Positions 57,497 to 64,000 of a stretch of DNA of 64,000 nucleotides are shown here, piece by piece (the stretch's first letter is position 1; each line of letters begins with the position of its first letter). Made by a program: the position numbers and the translations under genes. This stretch comes from Fidelibacterota bacterium UBA6931. GTDB lineage: Bacteria; Fidelibacterota; Marinisomatia; Marinisomatales; S15-B10. The notes under the pieces are model-generated. The model was not told where the DNA came from, searched no databases, and was given only the letters and a program-made list of their open reading frames with translations. The stretch is taken from the NCBI GenBank assembly GCA_002448795.1, contig DKAH01000017.1, positions 54,270-118,269 of the forward strand. Reading direction: 5' to 3'.

Positions 57497-57997
57497 ATGG
57501 ACGTTGGTTACTGGATATTTATCCTTATAGCCTACCTTGTTTCTCAATGGCTGAGAAAGAGGATGCAGTCCTTTAGTCAACCACCGCCTCAGGAACAGCA
57601 GCCGGAAGATAATCAGAAGGAGGTTGTGCCAGAGTTTCTTAGAAACCTTGGTATTGATGAGCTTTTTGAAGAAATCAAGTCAGAAATTCGGCCTGATGAA
57701 GCTTATGAACAAGCAGATATCGAGATTGCGGAGGTGGCTGATCTTGATGAGGACTTTGAGATTATACATGAAACAGTCGATGAATCGGAAGCCGAACCGG
57801 AGGAAGCTACAGTTTTTGAACAAGAGACCGAACGCGAATGGTCACAGCTTGAACCTCTAGGAATAAAGAAAGCAGCATCTCATTCCATCCACGCCTATTT
57901 CGAAAGCATAGCGGATTTAAGAAACGTGATTTTAATGAAGGAGATTCTTGGGCCGCCCCGAGCCATTGAGCGACACCGTTTTCGCCGGTATTATTAA
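57497..57997 (+). CDS. Hypothetical membrane-anchored, highly acidic protein
   Basis: One N-terminal TM segment, then an E/D-rich sequence. It is the third gene after nfeD-floA. Confidence 0.5.
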   Translation: MDVGYWIFILIAYLVSQWLRKRMQSFSQPPPQEQQPEDNQKEVVPEFLRNLGIDELFEEIKSEIRPDEAYEQADIEIAEVADLDEDFEIIHETVDESEAEPEEATVFEQETEREWSQLEPLGIKKAASHSIHAYFESIADLRNVILMKEILGPPRAIERHRFRRYY

Positions 57998-58000
57998 CCG

Positions 58001-60193
58001 CTAGGCGAGTGCGCTCTCCTGACCTGAATCTCTGATAAAGAGACAGGTGGTGCCCGCTTCCATTGTAATGGTGTGCATTGCCTTTACATCAATTTCGTTT
58101 GAAATACCAAAAATGTTGATGTCTGCTGACGGACAATCCTTCAGGTCTTTTGGGAACGAACCGGCGAGCACCTGAGATTCGCAGTCCAAAGGGAGTCGAC
58201 CCCGCCGCGCCACTGCCTCAAGACCGACCTTCGCTTTAACGATTTGTGTATCATCTTCTATCATCCGCAACAGCCGCAGCTGACCGTTCCAGTTTTTCTC
58301 CAGTTGAATAGCGGTGAGAATGGATAGGTTTCGATTGGGTGAGCCGCTCCGAAGCCACATATTAATATCTTTCCTTCTGCCGAAACCGCGGTCTTCAAAA
58401 AGGTTCAGGACAATGAGTCCAAGCTCTTCCTGCATAGCCATGGATATCAACTGTTCGAGTCGGTCATCTTTTTCCGGATCATCACTCATGGTAAGGAACA
58501 TGACATTGGGTGGCAGCGGCATCCCTTTAAGGGATTGTGTCACAACACTGATACCATGGAGAAAGTGATTCGCTTCAATGAGAGTGGAGACAGCTAGAAG
58601 CCCCTCTTTCCGGAACGGTTGGATGAGGGCAGCAAGATCTTCTTCCAGCTTTACCGAATCATTATTAGGTTCTTCGTCATCTTTTTTCTTGCCGATGATC
58701 TGAGAGACCATGTAGCTGATTCTATGGCGCACTCCCTGCTCAAGAATCTTAACACTGAAGATTCGGACACTTCCGCGAGGGAAAATGATATCACGGATAA
58801 AATCCATTCGCTCCTTCCAAGCTTCGGGCTGTTCCACCGGCACAACAAGATTTGGTTTCCATGACTTCGGGCCGGCGGGAACTCGAGCGCCCATCCGGAC
58901 CGCCCATTCCGCTATCGCAGTGAAAATTCCTGAACGAACATCGCCCCAAGGCGCCTGAAGCCCTTCCCGGACGAGCCAGAGATACACACCAATAATAACA
59001 ACGATGGCACTTCCCGCGAACAGAGGATTGATCAAAAACATGGCGATAGTGCACCATACGAAACCGATGAAAGGAACAATCGCTGGTACTTTAAAAGTGG
59101 GGCGGTAGCTTGAAATCCCGATCCGATTTTCGATAAAAACCACAAGATTGATAGTACCGTAGGTGATGAGGAAAAACATGGTCAGGAGAGGTGCTATGGT
59201 GTTGAGGTTTCCGAAGAAGACGCCTACAGCTATGATGATTCCGGTGATCAGTGTCGCAACGCGGGGTTCGCCATTGGCGCTCTGTTGACCGAGAATCTTT
59301 CCGAAAGGAAGAACATGGTGCTGCCCCAGCGCCATTAGTGTACGCGGCCCACCAACGAGACTGCCAAGGGCTGAGGACAGTGTTGCACCCAGCACGGCCC
59401 CTGCCACAACAGGCCGCCATTTCGATACATCCATCATCACCATGTAGTTGCTTCTAAGAAGTTCTGGCGAGATAGCGTGATCCATCCAGAAAGCCAGTGT
59501 GACGTATACCACAAAAGAGACGCCGATGGCGCCAAGTATTCCAGTTGAAAGGGATCGCTTCGGATCTTTCAGATCACCGGACATGGCGGCCCCGGCTTCA
59601 ATCCCTGTCACCGCTGGAAAGAAGATCGCGAAAACGGTCCAGAATGGCGCCGATTCGAAACCGCCCCAAAGTGCTATTTCAGCCGAACCGTCACTTTTGC
59701 CTTGAAAAAATGACACGAGCGAGGCGGAAATCAGGGCCATAATAATGAACTGGAATTTCATTGCCACTTTGGCGCTAATGAGAGCGATTGGAAGGAGGAA
59801 CAGGAGTACACCTCCAGCAATCTGCAGCGGTGGGTGATGAGGGAAAAGCGCCATCCACGCCTCGGTAAAGCCAATGATATACATGGAGCCGCCAAGTGCC
59901 TGAGATAGATAGAGGGGAATTCCCACAGCGCCGCCGATTTCCAGACCCAGGGATCGCGAAATGATGGCGTAGGAACCACCGGCGCCAATCTTGACATTGG
60001 ACGCCATGGACGCAATAGCCAGTCCTGTAGTGACAGTAACAAGCTTTGCCAGAAGAATGATGACAAGTGCACCGCCAAAGCCGGCATTTCCCACTACCCA
60101 TCCGAGGCGGAGGTACATAATAGCACCAAGAATCGTAAGGATTGTTGGTGTGAAAACACCTTCGAAGGTGCCGAATCTTCTTGAGGAAGCCAT
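58001..60193 (-). CDS. SLC12-type cation-chloride cotransporter homolog (APC superfamily) with a cytoplasmic C-terminal domain
   Basis: GTFEGVFTPTILTILGAIMYLRLGWVVGNAG signature, 12 TM segments and a ~280-aa soluble tail. Confidence 0.75.
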   Translation of the reverse strand: MASSRRFGTFEGVFTPTILTILGAIMYLRLGWVVGNAGFGGALVIILLAKLVTVTTGLAIASMASNVKIGAGGSYAIISRSLGLEIGGAVGIPLYLSQALGGSMYIIGFTEAWMALFPHHPPLQIAGGVLLFLLPIALISAKVAMKFQFIIMALISASLVSFFQGKSDGSAEIALWGGFESAPFWTVFAIFFPAVTGIEAGAAMSGDLKDPKRSLSTGILGAIGVSFVVYVTLAFWMDHAISPELLRSNYMVMMDVSKWRPVVAGAVLGATLSSALGSLVGGPRTLMALGQHHVLPFGKILGQQSANGEPRVATLITGIIIAVGVFFGNLNTIAPLLTMFFLITYGTINLVVFIENRIGISSYRPTFKVPAIVPFIGFVWCTIAMFLINPLFAGSAIVVIIGVYLWLVREGLQAPWGDVRSGIFTAIAEWAVRMGARVPAGPKSWKPNLVVPVEQPEAWKERMDFIRDIIFPRGSVRIFSVKILEQGVRHRISYMVSQIIGKKKDDEEPNNDSVKLEEDLAALIQPFRKEGLLAVSTLIEANHFLHGISVVTQSLKGMPLPPNVMFLTMSDDPEKDDRLEQLISMAMQEELGLIVLNLFEDRGFGRRKDINMWLRSGSPNRNLSILTAIQLEKNWNGQLRLLRMIEDDTQIVKAKVGLEAVARRGRLPLDCESQVLAGSFPKDLKDCPSADINIFGISNEIDVKAMHTITMEAGTTCLFIRDSGQESALA

Positions 60194-60221
60194 CAGGAAG
60201 GGCTGCTGACGGCGGAGATGG

Positions 60222-60815
60222 TCAGATTATCTCCTGATAGATTTCATCCACCTGACGGAAAAGGTGATCACTGTCGCCGTTATTGTCGATCACAAAATCG
60301 GCCATCTGCACTTTCGATTCTTCTGGCAACTGCAAATCCATCCGCTTCTGGATATCTTCCCTTGTCAGCGTGCCCCTGTTAAGGGATCGGTTAATTCGCG
60401 TGCCGTATTGTGCTGAAACTACGACTACATAATCGAGGTGCAGATAAAGTCCCGATTCATACACTAGGGCTGCATCGACAACAAAGAGAGGAATATCATC
60501 TCGCTCATTAACTTGATAGTAACGTTCATCGATGGTATCGAAAACATACGGGTGGACAATGGCGTTGAGGATCGACTGATTCTCTTCATTGGAGAAGGCA
60601 ATCTTGGCTAACTTTTTCGGGTTGATGGAATTGTCCGCGTCCATCACATCGGTTCCAAATTCGTTCCTGAGATCCTCCTGTATCTTTTTGTCTTTAGCCA
60701 GAATCTGTTTTGCCTCCTTATCAGCATCAAAAACGTAGGCGCCCAGTTCTTTTATCCTCTCGCTGGCGGCACTCTTTCCAGAACCAATACCACCAGTAAT
60801 TCCAACCTTCAGCAT
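60222..60815 (-). CDS. coaE: Dephospho-CoA kinase
   Basis: GITGGIGSGKS; about 197 aa. Confidence 0.88.
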   Translation of the reverse strand: MLKVGITGGIGSGKSAASERIKELGAYVFDADKEAKQILAKDKKIQEDLRNEFGTDVMDADNSINPKKLAKIAFSNEENQSILNAIVHPYVFDTIDERYYQVNERDDIPLFVVDAALVYESGLYLHLDYVVVVSAQYGTRINRSLNRGTLTREDIQKRMDLQLPEESKVQMADFVIDNNGDSDHLFRQVDEIYQEII

Positions 60816-61474
60816 GATTCCTTCGTGGGTTTATCGTTAAAATGCTCTTCGATTTTCCCTGCTACTTCTTTGACAGTCTCGATCCCGCTGATCCATACCA
60901 ATAACCCTTTCTTGTCATAGTATTCCACCAGCGGTTTAGTCTGATCTCGGTAGACATCGAGTCGTTTCAGGATTACTTCTTCCTTATCATCATCCCGCTG
61001 GAAAAGTTCACCTCCACACTGATCGCAACGCTTTTCAACTTTTGGTGGAGAGAAAATCAAGTTTGTAATTTTTCCACATTTTGAACAGGTTCGTCGGCCG
61101 GACAGTCGTTCCAACAGGATTGCATCGTCTCCTATTAAGTAAATCACTTGGTCGATGAATAAGTCGAGAGATTGCAGAAGCTCCTCGAATCCTCGTGCCT
61201 GGGCTTTGGTTCTGGGAAAGCCGTCGAAGATAAATCCGCTGCTGGTGTCGGGTGCTCCGAGCCGATTCCTTACCATCTCGAGAACCACGCTGTCGGGAAC
61301 GAGTTTTCCCTTATCCATGTATGACTTTGCCAGAAGTCCGACTTCAGTTTCCTGTTTGATATGGGATCGCAACATATCTCCGGTAGAGAGGTGTGCCAGC
61401 GAATTTTTTTTTGATATTAGTTTCGCCTGTGTCCCTTTACCAATACCGGGAGGGCCGAGAAAGATCAACCGCAT
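60809..61474 (-). CDS. adk: Adenylate kinase (zinc-lid type)
   Basis: GPPGIGKGTQA and lid CSKCG...CDQCGG. Confidence 0.92.
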   Translation of the reverse strand: MRLIFLGPPGIGKGTQAKLISKKNSLAHLSTGDMLRSHIKQETEVGLLAKSYMDKGKLVPDSVVLEMVRNRLGAPDTSSGFIFDGFPRTKAQARGFEELLQSLDLFIDQVIYLIGDDAILLERLSGRRTCSKCGKITNLIFSPPKVEKRCDQCGGELFQRDDDKEEVILKRLDVYRDQTKPLVEYYDKKGLLVWISGIETVKEVAGKIEEHFNDKPTKESC

Positions 61475-61492
61475 ATTGCTTGAAGTCCTTTC

Positions 61493-62713
61493 CTAGATAA
61501 TTATTCCTGCAATCGTGGCGGTAAGCCATGACGCCAACGCCCCGGCGATCATTGCCTTGAGAGCAATCTTGGCCAGATCTTTTCGTCGTTCCGGCGCGAT
61601 GCCTCCTATCCCGCCGAGTTGAATCCCAATAGATGCGAAATTGGCGAATCCGCAAAGTGCATAACTGGCGATTATGGCTGTTCTGTCCGAAACGGCATTC
61701 TGGGCCCGTATTTCCATCAGATCAGTGAACGCGATCAACTCAGTCAATACCAGTTTTTCTCCCATCAGTTGACCGAGTATAGCTGCCTCGGACCAAGGGG
61801 CGCCCATGGCCCACGCTAACGGTCGGAAGAGCCAGCTAAGCATTTCTTCAACTGTCAACCCAAACAGTCCAAGGATGCCGTTCACCAAAGCGATAAAGGC
61901 GACAAAAGCGACGAGCATAGCCCCTACATTTGCGGCCAGTTTCATTCCGTCAGTGGCGCCTCGGGAAAGGGCTTCCATGGCATTGTCGTCCGGCGTTTCG
62001 ACATTAATCTTATGATTGCCCAGCGTCTTCGACTGTTCCATTTCGGGAAATATGATCTTTGCCATAACAAGGGCGGCCGGAGCACTCATGATAGATGCAG
62101 CCATAAGGTGCCCCGCAATTCCCGGTATGTCGCTGAGCATGGCGACATATATGGCCATGACGCCACCGGCCACCGTGGCGAATCCTCCTGTCATGACTGC
62201 CATCAATTCCGACTTGGTCATTTTGCTAATGAAAGGCCTAACCATAAGAGGTGACTCTGTCTGTCCAACGAATATGTTAGCCGCCACACTGAGTGTCTCT
62301 GACCCACTTGTTCCCATCGTTTTTTGCATTCCCGCAGCCATCCAACTAATCAGTTTCTGCATAATCCCCAGATAGTACATCAGAGCCATGAGCGAGGAGA
62401 AAAAAATAATTGTGGGAAGAATTCGAAAAGCAAAATTCAACAGCGGCGCTTCGACGATTCCATTACCGAACGATTTGAAAAGAAAATCACTCCCGGCATC
62501 GGCGAAGCCCAGAAGTTGTTCTATAACGCCATCGATAGCGGCAAAAAATGGTTGTCCTACGGGCGTTTTGAGAATGAACATCGCAAAAAGTAGTTGGAGT
62601 CCCAGTCCCCACAAAACAATTCTTTTCGAGATTGAAGAACGGTTGTTGGACATGGCGTAGGCTATCCCCAGCAAAGCCACGATTCCAATCAATCCGACAA
62701 ATCTATCCATCAT
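61493..62713 (-). CDS. nupC: NupC/CNT-family concentrative nucleoside transporter
   Basis: Typical CNT TM pattern and conserved blocks ([11 protein letters not shown]). Confidence 0.85.
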   Translation of the reverse strand: MMDRFVGLIGIVALLGIAYAMSNNRSSISKRIVLWGLGLQLLFAMFILKTPVGQPFFAAIDGVIEQLLGFADAGSDFLFKSFGNGIVEAPLLNFAFRILPTIIFFSSLMALMYYLGIMQKLISWMAAGMQKTMGTSGSETLSVAANIFVGQTESPLMVRPFISKMTKSELMAVMTGGFATVAGGVMAIYVAMLSDIPGIAGHLMAASIMSAPAALVMAKIIFPEMEQSKTLGNHKINVETPDDNAMEALSRGATDGMKLAANVGAMLVAFVAFIALVNGILGLFGLTVEEMLSWLFRPLAWAMGAPWSEAAILGQLMGEKLVLTELIAFTDLMEIRAQNAVSDRTAIIASYALCGFANFASIGIQLGGIGGIAPERRKDLAKIALKAMIAGALASWLTATIAGIII

Positions 62714-63297
62714 TCCTTCGGCGATTCATAACACTTTCTACACCTCGCCTCATATTTGTCCGTCTCTCCGATAACAACCTGATCTTTTTCGTGACTCAAC
62801 CGCTGTGAGTAGTTTGCGGGATTCCCGCAGATCACACAGATGGCCAGTGTCTTGGTGATATATTCGGCTTCGGCGAGGAGTTTAGGCATAGGGCCGAATG
62901 GTATTCCCCGGAAATCTTTATCGAGTCCGGCAACAATAACACGCTTGTTTTGTGCCGCCAGTTTACCGCACGTTTCAAGAAGTGAGTCGTCAAAGAACTG
63001 TGCTTCATCAATCCCCACTACATCATGATCTTTTGAACTTTCCAGTATCTCATCCGCCGATTCTACAATTTCAGAAGCCATTCTCAATTCGGAATGTGAG
63101 ACAATATGGTTATGACTGAACCTTGAATCAACCCTCTGTTTGAAAATACCCACAGACTGGCGGGCGATCTGGGCGCGCCTTAGGCGCCGGATCAACTCCT
63201 CCGTTTTCCCGCTGAACATACTGCCGCAGATCACTTCGATCCATCCTGACTCTTTTGGGCTCGGTGTAAGCATGGCGTTTTGCGGATAACGCGACAC
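62710..63297 (-). CDS. tdk: Thymidine kinase
   Basis: [20 protein letters not shown] and a C-terminal Zn motif C..CG...C..C. Confidence 0.9.
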   Translation of the reverse strand: MSRYPQNAMLTPSPKESGWIEVICGSMFSGKTEELIRRLRRAQIARQSVGIFKQRVDSRFSHNHIVSHSELRMASEIVESADEILESSKDHDVVGIDEAQFFDDSLLETCGKLAAQNKRVIVAGLDKDFRGIPFGPMPKLLAEAEYITKTLAICVICGNPANYSQRLSHEKDQVVIGETDKYEARCRKCYESPKE

Positions 63298-63316
63298 GAG
63301 GGCGCGAATGGCGATT

Positions 63317-63952
63317 TCAGTTATTCAGTGACTTCCCCTTCAATAGCGACTGAATCTTGGTCTGAATGAGGTCCACTGCGACTGCGTTCTCGCCCCCTTC
63401 GGGTAGTATAATATCAGCATATTTCTTGGTTATTTCCACAAATTGTTCGTGCATGGGCCGGACTGTCGATTCGTACTGTTGTATCACATCGTCTACTGTT
63501 CTTCCTCGCTCTTTGATGTCACGCTGGAGCCGGCGTAGGAATCTTACATCTGAATCGGTCTCAACATAAATCTTGATTGTCATCATATTCCGGAGCTCTT
63601 CATCTGTCAATACCATGATTCCCTCCAGTAGTATAGCACGGTGAACATCCACAGTTCTGGTTTCCGGTTGACGCGTATGAGTGGAAAAATCATAGATCGG
63701 CATTTCTATGGATTGATCATGGAGAAGCGACTGTAGGTGCTCCTTCAACAGGTCGAAATCGATGGCGTCGGGATGATCAAAATTTCTCTCAGTCCGTTCC
63801 TCAAAGGAGACATGAGCCAAGTCTTTATAGTAGGCATCCTGTTCAAGAATGATCATTTCGCCTTCGTCGAATTCCGTGAGGAGGTTCTTGGCAAATGAGG
63901 TCTTGCCAGAGCCAGTGCCGCCCCCGATGCCGATCAAGACATTGTTACTCAT
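63317..63952 (-). CDS. udk: Uridine kinase
   Basis: An ATG at 63952 gives [19 protein letters not shown]. The ORF-track extension to 64000 is unlikely to be real. Confidence 0.88.
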   Translation of the reverse strand: MSNNVLIGIGGGTGSGKTSFAKNLLTEFDEGEMIILEQDAYYKDLAHVSFEERTERNFDHPDAIDFDLLKEHLQSLLHDQSIEMPIYDFSTHTRQPETRTVDVHRAILLEGIMVLTDEELRNMMTIKIYVETDSDVRFLRRLQRDIKERGRTVDDVIQQYESTVRPMHEQFVEITKKYADIILPEGGENAVAVDLIQTKIQSLLKGKSLNN

Positions 63953-64000
63953 CGTTCTTTTTAAGGAATCGGTTATCAAATGCCCTTGGAAGCAAATCAC

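Noticed and set aside
63953-64000. Extension of udk to the window edge (GTG at 64000)
   Set aside because: The P-loop N-terminus [18 protein letters not shown] starts at the ATG at 63952, which matches the usual length of uridine kinase. The extension is probably non-coding.
1-64000. Search for CRISPR arrays, tRNA/rRNA/tmRNA genes, transposases, integrases, phage genes, toxin-antitoxin pairs and known defence-system genes
   Set aside because: I saw no regularly spaced direct repeats and no cloverleaf-compatible intergenic sequence. The non-coding gaps are at most about 200 nt (about 280 nt at the window start). No ORF carries recombinase, RT or nuclease-defence motifs. This was a by-eye scan only, so tRNAscan/Infernal/CRISPR finders should confirm it.

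Overview
This is a contiguous, very gene-dense chromosomal segment of a Gram-negative bacterium. It holds about 60 CDS, with many 1-4 nt start/stop overlaps and several convergent genes whose stop codons abut. I found no rRNA, tRNA, CRISPR array, transposase, integrase or phage-like gene. All calls were made by eye from motifs in the supplied translations; no database search was run.

Lineage (inference only): a member of the Fibrobacteres-Chlorobi-Bacteroidetes (FCB) superphylum outside the classical Bacteroidia, possibly an uncultivated marine group. The basis is a fused lpxC-fabZ gene, five secreted proteins ending in NPFNP/Por-type (T9SS-like) C-terminal domains, CarboxypepD_reg-TonB receptors and clear Shine-Dalgarno usage.

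Layout:
- 0.3-0.5 kb: orphan mini-gene encoding an internally duplicated 74-aa peptide.
- 0.6-3.2 kb: four-gene haem-protein/beta-barrel operon.
- 3.2-18.9 kb: housekeeping and metabolic genes (M20 peptidase, Omp85-like, plsY, DUF502, ogt, IorAB-type molybdoenzyme, EamA, secDF, TonB receptor, aminotransferase-GST-cupin).
- 19.1-34.5 kb: accessory cell-surface region. It has a secreted EEP/lamin-tail hydrolase and a six-gene operon of two Por-type cargo proteins, a lipoprotein, a TonB-dependent barrel, a PorV-like barrel and an NHL propeller, followed by two orphan genes.
- 34.5-42.8 kb: mixed housekeeping (Nudix, queG, Rieske, Lon-N domain, HD, FGGY kinase, MOSC, two ferredoxins, an atypical Mrp/NBP35, two membrane proteins).
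- 42.9-52.9 kb: outer-membrane biogenesis supercluster (uppS-bamA-skp-lpxD-lpxC/fabZ-lpxA-hyp-dxr-rseP).
- 52.9-58 kb: DUF3108, tsaC, lipid A acyltransferase, NfeD-FloA-acidic protein.
- 58-64 kb: SLC12-type cotransporter and a nucleoside-salvage row (coaE-adk-nupC-tdk-udk).

The two best candidates for something new are the haem operon and the 20.9-32.5 kb surface operon. The haem operon contains a fused monohaem cytochrome/beta-barrel with Cyc2-like logic, a cytochrome domain carrying a Por-type sorting tail, and a dihaem partner. The surface operon couples a TonB-dependent barrel translationally to a PorV-like barrel and sits next to a secreted nuclease-type hydrolase.
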